Notes: a model not told the origin generated them from the sequence alone. A DNA stretch of 64,000 nucleotides from Chthoniobacterales bacterium (GCA_019747735.1 JAIEQL010000040.1:3179-67178), one strand, 5' to 3'. Shown: positions 18,136 to 27,230, counted from the first letter of the stretch. Numbers and translations: made by a program.

Positions 18136-18309
18136 TAGAGCATATTAAAAAATTCTGTAGCCGCTCATTGCGTCGTCGCTTCGGTGCTCGCTCCATCGAG
18201 TATTGGCTATACACTTCCTCGCTGTGTGGCTCAGCTCCTGGCACTGCATCGACTACAAAAATTTTTAATGATGCTCTAAAATGGCTATAGTTTTATTTAA
18301 AATGCTCTA
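18136..18309 (-). mobile_element. MITE-like element, family A copy 1 (GAGCAT...ATGCTC termini, TA flanks)
   Basis: About 170 bp with TA at both ends. It is near-identical, as reverse complement, to 32229..32402. The TA at 18308..18309 is part of the GH1 stop codon. Confidence 0.8.
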
Positions 18310-19635
18310 AGGTTCCGGATAAGCCTTAATAAACTTGCTGAACCAAATCCCTGCAGGAGTGATGTGGCGTTCGTGGGTTTTTTTGTCGTAGAAAAAAAGT
18401 CCAAACTGACCTTTCCATCCTTCCGTCCATTCGTAGTTATCCACCAGTGTCCATGGGAAGTAGCCTCGCACATCCACCCCATCATTTATAGCGCGTCGCA
18501 TCTGAGCAATATGATTACGGAAGAAAGCGATGGCTTTTTGGGCGCTTTGAGTGGCAATTCCATTTTCGGAAATCACAATGGGCTTGTGATAGCGGTCATT
18601 AACACTGCAAAGAACACGATAGAGTCCTTCAGGATTAATTTCCCACCCCATTTGGGTATAGAGAGAGCTCCGCTCTCCACCGCTACGAAGAAGAAGCTCA
18701 TGAATACTAGAGCTTTTGGAATAATAATAATTTACTCCAATGATGTCACAGGTATCAGCGACCATATCCAAGTGGTCATAGTTTTGGCGTTGATAGATGT
18801 TATAAATGAGCGCTGTGGGATCATGGGTAAAAGAACGCGTGCACTCTGGAAGAGAGTAGATTCCCATAACAATGGCATCAGGGCGCTCTTTGCGTAGGGT
18901 AGCAGCTGCATCGCGAAACATTGCTGCTGCGGTTTTCATAGCTTTTTTATAACTGAAAGGATGTAAGAGAAGTCCAGGCGGCCAATGTCCAGCGATCCAA
19001 CCAAGCTGCAAGGCACCATTGGGCTCGTTTTGGGGGACATAAATTTTTACATAAGGTGCCATGGCGTGGGCTACTCGTTGCACATGGGCATGCCAGGCAG
19101 CCTCAACGTCAGGATGGCAAAAATTGGAGTGCGCTTTATCGTGCGTTTTGTAAAGCCAATCGGGAAAAGTAAAATGCCAGAGGGTAACGATGGGTTCAAT
19201 TCCTGCGGCTTTGAGTTTGCGTGCCATCGTGACATATTGGGCAAGAGCTTGGTGGTTGATGATGCCCGGGCGTGGCTCAATCCGCGCCCACTCTACACCA
19301 AAACGGAAATGATTGACGCCAAGCTGCTGTAGGGCTTGGAGGTCTCGATCAAATTCACTCCACGAAAAGACAGCCTCATCGCCACGTAATGGAACAACTC
19401 CTTCTTCGGCATAGCGATCCCAGTCTGTTTTGAAATACCAAGGTGAATCTTTGGGATAGCCGCGATCTTCATTTTGAAAAGGAGCTGTGGAGACACCCCA
19501 CCAAAATGTTTGTTTGGGAACTGGCTTCAAAGCAGTTCCCTTAACAGAGCAATGATAAGCGGAAGGTGGAGTAACGCAGCTACTGAAACAAACTGTAATA
19601 AGAGCAAGAGATAGCCAAAATATTGTACGCTTCAT
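18307..19635 (-). CDS. Secreted glycoside hydrolase family 1 (beta-glucosidase-like), paralogue A
   Basis: Signal peptide present. Acid/base motif is QNEPN and nucleophile motif is ISENG. Also RFGVEWARIEP and DNYEW. Confidence 0.85.
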   Translation of the reverse strand: MKRTIFWLSLALITVCFSSCVTPPSAYHCSVKGTALKPVPKQTFWWGVSTAPFQNEDRGYPKDSPWYFKTDWDRYAEEGVVPLRGDEAVFSWSEFDRDLQALQQLGVNHFRFGVEWARIEPRPGIINHQALAQYVTMARKLKAAGIEPIVTLWHFTFPDWLYKTHDKAHSNFCHPDVEAAWHAHVQRVAHAMAPYVKIYVPQNEPNGALQLGWIAGHWPPGLLLHPFSYKKAMKTAAAMFRDAAATLRKERPDAIVMGIYSLPECTRSFTHDPTALIYNIYQRQNYDHLDMVADTCDIIGVNYYYSKSSSIHELLLRSGGERSSLYTQMGWEINPEGLYRVLCSVNDRYHKPIVISENGIATQSAQKAIAFFRNHIAQMRRAINDGVDVRGYFPWTLVDNYEWTEGWKGQFGLFFYDKKTHERHITPAGIWFSKFIKAYPEP

Positions 19636-19648
19636 TAAGAATTTTTTT

Positions 19649-19728
19649 AAGAGTTTAAGGGTTGAAGGGTTTAAGAGGCAACAATACGATTCTCCTAAAC
19701 TTCTAAACTCTTCAACTCTTAAACTTTT
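19649..19728 (+). repeat. 29-bp-stem hairpin built from 8-nt word arrays, filling the divergent intergenic region
   Basis: 19649..19677 pairs with 19700..19728: 24 Watson-Crick, 4 G-U and 1 A-C when read on the + strand. The right arm ends 2 nt before the GTG start at 19731. Confidence 0.7.
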
Positions 19729-19730
19729 TA

Positions 19731-20612
19731 GTGAAACTAACCATTCTATTATTTTTAAGTGGCCTTATCGCCTGCCATGCCATCAACCACCTCTCTCCTG
19801 ACGAGGTTATTATGAATGATGGAACACATTACAAGGGGCTTATTATCAAAAATGATGCTCGTGAAATTATTTTGCAGCAAGAGACGGGAGAGCATGTAAT
19901 TCCAAAAGCAGCTATTCAAAGAATTGATGATGCTTCCAAAAGCATGATTTATTTTTCTGACTTGGTATCCCCTAACAAAGCACCTTCCTGGCGGATGATA
20001 GCTCAAGATATGCGCTGCAATGATGCGGTCAAATCCTTCATTCAAATACCAGCAACAACGATCTCAGCAGGGTATTTAAAAAATGTTCCTTATCTTTCTT
20101 TTCACATTAATAAGCACGCTGAGATGAATATTTATGGGGACCCTAACAATCCAGCCTGTGTCGAATTTGGAACTTATAATCAAAACAAAGAGCATCTTAA
20201 AAAATTCCAAGAGATTTCTAGACAGCTTCTTGCCGGTTATCTCTCCTCACGAGACGCTATTAAGACGCTCTACAGCCTTAATCTCAAGGGGGATGAAAAA
20301 CCAGTAGGGCCATTTCTTTTTAGAATCATGCCCCCCAGTGATCCTTCCTCTAGTGGAGGATGGTGGATTTCCATTTATGATCCTGTTCTTCTCAAGAAAG
20401 CTCGCGTCAGTGATGCTCATTATCAAAGACTCACACTGCCAGAAGACCAAGTGAGAACGCACCATGGCACGTTACGTTACGATTTGGAGGCGCTTCATCT
20501 CTCCTTTCTTAATAGTTCGATGAAGCATTGGCTTGGTAAGCTTTCTGGGTTTCGTGGTTTTTATAGAAACCAAAATAATGAGCTGAAGATGATGAGTAGT
20601 TCCTCGATGTAG
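19731..20612 (+). CDS. Hypothetical secreted protein (293 aa)
   Basis: GTG start and a signal-like N-terminus, MKLTILLFLSGLIACHA. No recognised domain. Confidence 0.4.
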   Translation: MKLTILLFLSGLIACHAINHLSPDEVIMNDGTHYKGLIIKNDAREIILQQETGEHVIPKAAIQRIDDASKSMIYFSDLVSPNKAPSWRMIAQDMRCNDAVKSFIQIPATTISAGYLKNVPYLSFHINKHAEMNIYGDPNNPACVEFGTYNQNKEHLKKFQEISRQLLAGYLSSRDAIKTLYSLNLKGDEKPVGPFLFRIMPPSDPSSSGGWWISIYDPVLLKKARVSDAHYQRLTLPEDQVRTHHGTLRYDLEALHLSFLNSSMKHWLGKLSGFRGFYRNQNNELKMMSSSSM

Positions 20613-20619
20613 GAAGAAA

Positions 20620-20710
20620 TTCACCACAAAGATCACAAAGCCGCTTAACGCGGCATACAAAGAACACAAAATAAAAAAAATCTTTTGTGTTCTTTGTGTT
20701 CTTTGTGGTG
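20620..20710. repeat. Nested palindrome of CACAAAG-type words with a central gccgc-ttaa-cgcggc hairpin
   Basis: tcaccacaaagatcacaaag pairs with ctttgtgttctttgtggtga. The inner pair is acaaagaacacaaaa / ttttgtgttctttgt. The same words recur at 43806..43950. Confidence 0.7.
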
Positions 20711-20755
20711 AGTTCTTTTTTGAAATGAAATGACGTTGGTAGTTACAGAGCTTTT

Positions 20756-22126
20756 ATGAATTTCTTCAAATTTTTTTTTATTCTCTCAGCAGTATGCCTT
20801 CTCACAGGCTGTGTCCTGCTTGATCCCTTGGGGCCTCTTGATAGAGCTCCTAAGCATGAATTTAAGAAGCTTTCAAGCTATAGGCCTTTTGCATGGGGGA
20901 TTTCGACAAGCAGCCTGCAATATGAAGACCGTGCTGTGCGCCCCGGAGAAAAAGATTATTTTTTGCGCGATTGGGATCTTTTAGTAGCGCAAAAAAAAGC
21001 ACCTGTTGTCGGAGATGCTCTTTCCAGTTGGTCCTATTTTAATAAGGACTTGGAAGCGCTCCAAAAAATTGGCGTTAACTCTTACCGCTTCAGTATTGAG
21101 TGGGCCCGTGTAGAGCCGCATCCAGGAGAGTATAATGAAGAAGCCATTCATCGTTATGTAGAAATGGCTCGAAAGCTCAAGGAAGCAGGAATCGAGCCCT
21201 ATGTTTGCCTTTGGCATTTCACCTTTCCTGCATGGCTGGTTGATTCAACATCAAAAGGAGAAACAAATTGGCTTCATCCTCTAGCGCGTTCTCATTGGAA
21301 TGCTTATGTCACTAAAATGGTGAAAGCTTTGTCTCCTTATGTGACTTACTATGCTCCCGAGAATGAACCCAATGGCCAAATTCTCACGGCTTATATTGTA
21401 GGGTTATGGCCTCCTAATCACACTATGGATTTTGGCGGCTACAAAAAAGCGATGGCTGCTTCTGTGCTCTTCTTTCGTGATGCAGCTGCTCGCATTAAAG
21501 AGATTGAGCCCAATGCCAAAATCCTCAGTGTAGAGGCTATTCCTTATTGGTACCGTGGTCCTCTGGATCCTGCTGGTATTATTTATAACACGGTGGAGCA
21601 TGATACCTTCGACCATCTTGATAGAATCTATGATGTTTGTGACATCATCGGATTTAATTACTACTACAGTCAAATAGCAGGTCCTTTAAGCATGCTGACG
21701 CAGCCATCTCATCATGGAACTCATTTTACGATGATGGGTTGGCACATTGATCCAGCCGCACTGGGAAAACTGATTCGTAAAATTGGGAAACGCTATGACA
21801 AGCCAATGATGATTACAGAAAATGGGATTGCTAGTCTTGATGAAAAAAAACGAATTCAATATCTCCATGATCATATTGAACAACTCCGCATCACGATGGC
21901 AGAAGGGTATGATGTCAAAGGGTATTTTATTTGGTCTCTTGCCGATAACTACGAATGGCATTACGGTTATATTCCAAAATTTGGCCTCTCTACCATGAAT
22001 CCTAAAACTTTTGTGCGCGAACTGAAACCTTCAGCCTTTTATTATCACGACGTGATTAAGGCTTCCGAGAAAGAGGGGGTAGTCGATCCGGATCCGTATC
22101 ATTTCCATTTTTCTGAGAAAAATTGA
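20756..22126 (+). CDS. Glycoside hydrolase family 1 lipoprotein, paralogue B
   Basis: Lipobox is LLTGC. Motifs are ENEPN and ITENG. Roughly 45% identical by eye to paralogue A. Confidence 0.85.
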   Translation: MNFFKFFFILSAVCLLTGCVLLDPLGPLDRAPKHEFKKLSSYRPFAWGISTSSLQYEDRAVRPGEKDYFLRDWDLLVAQKKAPVVGDALSSWSYFNKDLEALQKIGVNSYRFSIEWARVEPHPGEYNEEAIHRYVEMARKLKEAGIEPYVCLWHFTFPAWLVDSTSKGETNWLHPLARSHWNAYVTKMVKALSPYVTYYAPENEPNGQILTAYIVGLWPPNHTMDFGGYKKAMAASVLFFRDAAARIKEIEPNAKILSVEAIPYWYRGPLDPAGIIYNTVEHDTFDHLDRIYDVCDIIGFNYYYSQIAGPLSMLTQPSHHGTHFTMMGWHIDPAALGKLIRKIGKRYDKPMMITENGIASLDEKKRIQYLHDHIEQLRITMAEGYDVKGYFIWSLADNYEWHYGYIPKFGLSTMNPKTFVRELKPSAFYYHDVIKASEKEGVVDPDPYHFHFSEKN

Positions 22127-22213
22127 AATGAGTTGAAGTTGGAAGTTGAAGTTGAAGTGAATTCTTTCAGCTGACATTTTTTTTATTCTAATTATCTTTG
22201 GCGGTTTTATTTC

Positions 22214-23788
22214 ATGGCGCGTCTTTTTTTTCTCCCGCTCATTCTTAGTGTATGTCTCTTCGTGGGCTGTTCTCCTAGCAACAAAAGAGCAGACCTCATT
22301 GCTATTAATGGAGTAGAGCCCGAGACATTGGATCCTGCTCTTTTTATTGGAGAGGCAGACCAAAGAGTGATCAGTGAGCTTTTTGAAGGGCTCACACGAT
22401 TTAATCGCGCTGGCTTGCCAGAACCTGGCATGGCTTCTTGGTGGGAGATCTCATCAGATCATCGAACCTATCTTTTTCACATGCGTCCTGGAGTTTGTTG
22501 GTCTGATGGAACCCCGTTGACAGCTCATGATTTTGTCAAGTCATGGCGACGCACCTTGCAGCCAGAGACAGCTTCAGCCTATAGTTATCAGCTTTTCTGC
22601 CTACAAGGAGCCGAAGATTTTGCAGCGGGAAACAATGCTGATTTTTCTAAAGTTGGTGTTGAGGCTCTCGATGCGGCGACATTAAAAGTAACACTGGCGC
22701 GGTCTGTGCCTTATTTTTTGCAGCTTTGTGCGTTCCCGACTTATTTTCCCGTTCCTGTTGACCTTATTGAGCGAGTCGGAGATGACTGGACAAAACCAGA
22801 GCATATGATCTGCAATGCTGGTTACACCTTGGCTGCTTGGCGGATTAATGACAAAATCACGCTCAAAAAAAACCCCTTTTATTGGGATGCTCAGCATGTT
22901 GCTTTAGAAAAAATCGATGTGCTTCCAATCAGCCAAGCTAATGTAGCTTACAATTTTTATGCCTCAGGAGAAGCTGATCTGCTCTTAGATAAAGCGCTGG
23001 CTCCTCCTTCCTTGCTTGATGAATTACGCAAGCGAGATGATTTTCATTCTTTTCCTTTCTTGGGAGATTATTTTTTGCGTTTCAATTGTAGCAAAGGGCC
23101 CTTTGCTGATGCGCGCGTTCGGAAAGCTTTTGCGCTCTGTTTAAATCGGAAAAATATCACCGAAAAAATAGCGCGTGCAGGAGAGCTTCCGGCAGAAAGC
23201 ATGGTTCCACCTGGCATTCCTGGCTACCAGCCAGCGCATGGTCTTGGTTGCGATCCAGAGTTGGCCCGTCGTCTGTTGGCAGAGGCAGGTTATCCCGGAG
23301 GAAAAGGTTTTCCCCTGACGACCTATCTTTACAATGAGGGAGAGCTCAATGAAGGAATTGCTGTCGAGCTCCAAGCCGTATGGCAGCGCGAGCTGGGCGT
23401 TTCGATTTTATTGGCACGGCAAGAATGGAAGGTTTACTTAAATTCCCTAACGACCATGGATTATGGTATTGCTCGTTCTAGTTGGGTAGGGGACTATGCG
23501 GATCCTAATACCTTTCTCGATATGTTTGTGAGTGATGGTGGCAACAACCGCACGGGATGGAGTTCCAAGCAATATGATCAGCTCATTGGAGAGGCTGCCA
23601 ATGCTTTTGATCCAAAGAAACGTTTTGAAATCTTTCGCCAAGCAGAAGAGTTACTATTATGCGAAGGGGTCCCTGTAGCGCCCCTCTATTTTTATGTTGG
23701 TGTGCAGATTTATGATCCGCGAAAGTGGGGAGGGATTGAGGGGAATGTCCTAGATAAGCATCCGCTGTGGCAGGTTTATCGAAGATAA
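22214..23788 (+). CDS. Peptide/oligopeptide ABC-type substrate-binding lipoprotein (family 5, OppA/DppA-like), copy 1
   Basis: Lipobox is FVGCS. The pattern EPETLDP...LFEGL...W(S)DG.P.TA.DF is typical of SBP_bac_5. Confidence 0.85.
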   Translation: MARLFFLPLILSVCLFVGCSPSNKRADLIAINGVEPETLDPALFIGEADQRVISELFEGLTRFNRAGLPEPGMASWWEISSDHRTYLFHMRPGVCWSDGTPLTAHDFVKSWRRTLQPETASAYSYQLFCLQGAEDFAAGNNADFSKVGVEALDAATLKVTLARSVPYFLQLCAFPTYFPVPVDLIERVGDDWTKPEHMICNAGYTLAAWRINDKITLKKNPFYWDAQHVALEKIDVLPISQANVAYNFYASGEADLLLDKALAPPSLLDELRKRDDFHSFPFLGDYFLRFNCSKGPFADARVRKAFALCLNRKNITEKIARAGELPAESMVPPGIPGYQPAHGLGCDPELARRLLAEAGYPGGKGFPLTTYLYNEGELNEGIAVELQAVWQRELGVSILLARQEWKVYLNSLTTMDYGIARSSWVGDYADPNTFLDMFVSDGGNNRTGWSSKQYDQLIGEAANAFDPKKRFEIFRQAEELLLCEGVPVAPLYFYVGVQIYDPRKWGGIEGNVLDKHPLWQVYRR

Positions 23789-23928
23789 CTTCTGTCCTAA
23801 ATTCTACTGATGAGGCGAAGAGCTGTGTCGCGCCAGTGCTCGCGTCGTCGAGTATGTTCATATACACTCCTCCGCTGTGCGCTGTCGCTCCTTGCTCTTT
23901 ATCTCCATCAGCGAATTTTGAACAGAAG
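23789..23928. repeat. 140-bp palindromic element related to MITE family A (TIR CTTCTGTYCWAAATTC..CTGATGRAG)
   Basis: It starts 1 nt after the oppA-like stop. The central gtgctcgc..tcgagtat..catatacac.tcctc.gctgtg resembles the family A centre. Confidence 0.65.
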
Positions 23929-23962
23929 TTAGACGGGTTCTCTTTCCATCTTTTTTAAAATC

Positions 23963-25576
23963 ATGAAAAACGTTGTTTATCTTCTGTTATTTCTTTTTGT
24001 GGGTGGAATGAGCGCTTTTCTTGTCGGTTGTCATGATCGACACCAAAAAGCGGATCTGGTTTTTATTAATGGCGTTGAGCCAGACAGTCTTGATCCAGCT
24101 TTGATTACAGGCCAAGCGGATGGGCGGATTGTTTCGGAACTTTTTGAGGGGTTGCTTCGGTTTAATCGAGCCGGTATGGCAGAGCCGGGTGTAGCTGCTT
24201 TGTGGGAAATTTCTCCCGATAAAAAAATTTATCTTTTTCATCTTCGTCCCTCAGCGCGTTGGTCTGATGGGCGTACTGTGACTGCTGCTGATTTTGTCAC
24301 TTCTTGGAAAAGGATGTTACAACCTACGACAGCTGCTCCTTATCGTGATCAATTTTTTATTATTGAAGGAGCTGAAGAGTTCGCTTCTGGAAAGGATCAT
24401 GATTTTTCTCACGTTGGCATTGAGGCGCTTGATGAGCAGACGCTCAAGGTGACGCTCAAAAATCCTACAGCTTATTTTTTACAGCTCTGTGCGCTTTGGC
24501 CTTTTTTCCCTGTGCGGAGCGACCTAATTGAACGTGTCGGCGATAATTGGATTAGGCCACAAAACCTTATTAACAATGGATCCTACTCTTTGTCAGCGTG
24601 GAATATTAACGACAAGATCACTCTCAAAAAAAATCCTTTCTATTGGGATGCCCTGCATGTGGCTTTAAACACAATCGACGTGCTTCCCATTGATCAAGCA
24701 AATGTGGCTTATAACTTTTACGCCACGGGTGTAGCTGACTTAATCATGAGCAAAGGGCTTGTGCCTCCCTCTTTGCTAGATGCCTTAAAAAAGAAACCTG
24801 ATTTTCATGCCTCTCCTTTTTTAGGGACTTCCTTTATCCGCTTTAATTGTACTAAACCTCCTTTTCAAGATCCTCGCATCCGTCAAGCCTTTGCCTTGGT
24901 GATTGACCGCCATCGCATCACAGAAAAAATTACACGTGGTGGAGAGTTGTGCGCAGAAAGCTTTGTGCCTCCTGGAATCCCTGGCTATAAGCCTCCTGGA
25001 CTACTTGGCTATGATCCAGTGCGTGCACGGCATCTTCTAGCAGAGGCAGGATATCCGAATGGAAAAAATTTTCCTTTGACTAACTTTATCTACGTTGATG
25101 GAGCCATCAGTGAAGGAATGGCCGTTGAGTTACAAGCGATGTGGCGCCAAGAGTTGGGGGTCTCTATTTTGTTAGCACGTCGTGAAGCCAAGACCTATCT
25201 CAGTTCGATGAACACCTTGGATTTTAATATGGCCAATTCTAATTGGATCGGAGATTACCTCGACCCCAATACTTTTTTAGAAATTTTTGTAACAGGAAGT
25301 GGCAACAACCGGACAGGATGGAGCTCCCCCACCTACGATCAACTGCTCATGGCAGCTAGTTTGGAGCCTGATGCTACCAAACGCTTTTCCTTGCTCAGAG
25401 AGGCAGAGGAATTGCTCATCGTTAAAGAGGCTCCGATAGTACCCCTCTTTTTTAATATGGAAATGCAACTCTACGATTCTAAAAAGTTCAAGGGCATTGA
25501 AGGGAACTTGCTGGATAAACATCCACTTTGGGAGCTTGTACCCGTTCAGAGAACAGGCAAGAAGAGAGGAGATTGA
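23963..25576 (+). CDS. Peptide/oligopeptide ABC-type substrate-binding lipoprotein, copy 2
   Basis: Lipobox is LVGCH. It is collinear with copy 1 and about 60% identical by eye. Confidence 0.85.
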   Translation: MKNVVYLLLFLFVGGMSAFLVGCHDRHQKADLVFINGVEPDSLDPALITGQADGRIVSELFEGLLRFNRAGMAEPGVAALWEISPDKKIYLFHLRPSARWSDGRTVTAADFVTSWKRMLQPTTAAPYRDQFFIIEGAEEFASGKDHDFSHVGIEALDEQTLKVTLKNPTAYFLQLCALWPFFPVRSDLIERVGDNWIRPQNLINNGSYSLSAWNINDKITLKKNPFYWDALHVALNTIDVLPIDQANVAYNFYATGVADLIMSKGLVPPSLLDALKKKPDFHASPFLGTSFIRFNCTKPPFQDPRIRQAFALVIDRHRITEKITRGGELCAESFVPPGIPGYKPPGLLGYDPVRARHLLAEAGYPNGKNFPLTNFIYVDGAISEGMAVELQAMWRQELGVSILLARREAKTYLSSMNTLDFNMANSNWIGDYLDPNTFLEIFVTGSGNNRTGWSSPTYDQLLMAASLEPDATKRFSLLREAEELLIVKEAPIVPLFFNMEMQLYDSKKFKGIEGNLLDKHPLWELVPVQRTGKKRGD

Positions 25577-25594
25577 AGATGGGAGATATAGGAG

Positions 25595-26677
25595 CTAATT
25601 TGCTTCTACTATGTGCAAATCCAAGCATGCATGATCATTACCAGAAGAGCTTTTTTGAAAATTAAAATATTTTAAGATATCATGAGTCTCTGTTGTTTGT
25701 TTGTCGTCAATGGTAGTGGTAGTAGTCTGCGTGGTAGTCCAATAAATTTCTTTCGGCCAGTTACCTCGCCAAAAATAAGCCACACCGCCGCCTCCGGCTT
25801 TGCAAGAGGTAATTTCATTAGGGTAAGGAACCGTAATATTTCCCTCGCTATCATATTGAAGCCATATTTTTACTTCGACTCCGTTTTGAGTCACCATGCG
25901 CCAGTAATAGTTAAAGTTTTTTTGTGGATGCCCTTTGAGAAAAGAAACTACTTGATCAGCTGTATCAAAAGGGTGATCAGACCAGCCTTTTAGATCTTCC
26001 CAGGCAGTGTTCTCGTCGTACCAGCTATTGAGATTCGTGTTAGCCATATTATCGTTTTCAAAATAGATGGTCGAAGGAGGTTGCAGATACGAGAGGTTTT
26101 TAAGAGCAGCTGCAGTCGCTTCATCTCCTGCAAGCTTAGCACGGAGGTAATCACACATTTGTCCTACCGAGGGAGAGTGTCTCCATCGTTTGAAATCGGT
26201 GCGAATAGAGAGAGAATTAACGGTATCAATGATATCGTTTTCATGGCCAGGCTTCACACTGTATTTAAAATAATAATCAAAGACGTCACTAAAATCGGTC
26301 TCTTTTTTTATTTGTTCACAAAAAATACAATAATCGTCTTTTTTTGTATCTCTATATCCAGGAATTGTATTGTACCAACGATCATCAGCGGTTCTCATAA
26401 AAGAAGGTTCATATACCTCTGAATAAAGCCAACCAGAAGGCCACCAACTAGGAGGACCCAATGAGCCGAGTCTATCAGTATTATTCCAGTATCGATTATA
26501 ACGATTGGCGCAGTAGCTAGCGTATTCCGAGGCGGTCACCTCTTCTCCTGGCTTATAATCAAGGGCGCTCTCATTATAAATTGAGTTCCAATGACGTACT
26601 GATGGCTGTGTCTCTTGTGCTCGAAGTCCTCTCGTAATAAGAAGAAAACAAATCAATAAGTAAAATTTTTTTTTCAT
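25595..26677 (-). CDS. Hypothetical secreted Trp/Tyr/Asn-rich protein (360 aa)
   Basis: Signal peptide present. No recognised motif. The C-terminal part has a poly-Thr run (TTTQTTTTTID). Confidence 0.45.
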   Translation of the reverse strand: MKKKFYLLICFLLITRGLRAQETQPSVRHWNSIYNESALDYKPGEEVTASEYASYCANRYNRYWNNTDRLGSLGPPSWWPSGWLYSEVYEPSFMRTADDRWYNTIPGYRDTKKDDYCIFCEQIKKETDFSDVFDYYFKYSVKPGHENDIIDTVNSLSIRTDFKRWRHSPSVGQMCDYLRAKLAGDEATAAALKNLSYLQPPSTIYFENDNMANTNLNSWYDENTAWEDLKGWSDHPFDTADQVVSFLKGHPQKNFNYYWRMVTQNGVEVKIWLQYDSEGNITVPYPNEITSCKAGGGGVAYFWRGNWPKEIYWTTTQTTTTTIDDKQTTETHDILKYFNFQKSSSGNDHACLDLHIVEAN

Positions 26678-26796
26678 TATAGCTAAGTTAAAGTAGAATC
26701 CTGTTTTGTCAAATTACCCTCTTTCACGCCCGATTACATTAATTGTCAGAGTCACTTTTTTGTAAGGAGAGGCCCAATGCAACGGTGTTGAAAAGG

Positions 26797-27056
26797 TTAA
26801 TCATAGACCTCTCGACGATGGGCCACTTTCAAAACTAATACTAGCAACTCATGATCCTTGATTTTGCAAATCAACCGATAGTTGCTCACGCGATATCTCC
26901 AACAACGGCTAAACTCCCCAATCAAAGGTTTTCCAAAACGACGTGGATCTTCAGCTGTATTGATCCTTGTTTTCAAATAAGCAGCGATCCTTGCTTTACT
27001 TGTGTGATCAAGCTTATGAAATTGTTTTTGTGCCGATTCAGAGAAATCAACTTTTC
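26797..27056 (-). pseudogene. RelE/ParE-family toxin with a start-proximal frameshift
   Basis: The 85-codon open frame KVDFSESAQKQFHKLD...RRFGKPL...WRYRVSNYRLICKI...LVLVLKVAHRREVYD is RelE-like. The only ATG (27054..27056) is out of frame by one A in the run atgAAAAg. Confidence 0.55.
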
Positions 27057-27230
27057 ATTTCACAAGCCGTGTTCCTTTATTAAATCATCAAGGCTTATGC
27101 ACTTTCCTGGATTCGCTAATACTTTTATCGCATCAGCAAGATCTTCAGCATCTTCTAGTGCTTCCCTCAACATACTAAGCTCTTGTTCAGAAAGCTTCGG
27201 TATTTCTTCTACTATTTCAAGTGCACTCAT
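27045..27230 (-). CDS. Putative antitoxin partner of the RelE-like gene (61 aa)
   Basis: ATG at 27230 is preceded by agggagagc. The product is acidic and helical (MSALEIVEEIPKLSEQELSMLREALEDAEDLADAIK...). It overlaps the toxin start. It is not listed in the supplied ORF track. Confidence 0.5.

Noticed and set aside
18020-18244. ORFs reading through MITE copies (18020..18244 minus, 23767..23958 plus, 1805..2038 plus), and a 34-codon ATG ORF internal to family A
   Set aside because: The reading frames begin or end inside repeat elements. Substitutions between copies are not synonymous-biased, and no RBS is present. They are most simply non-coding repeat sequence.
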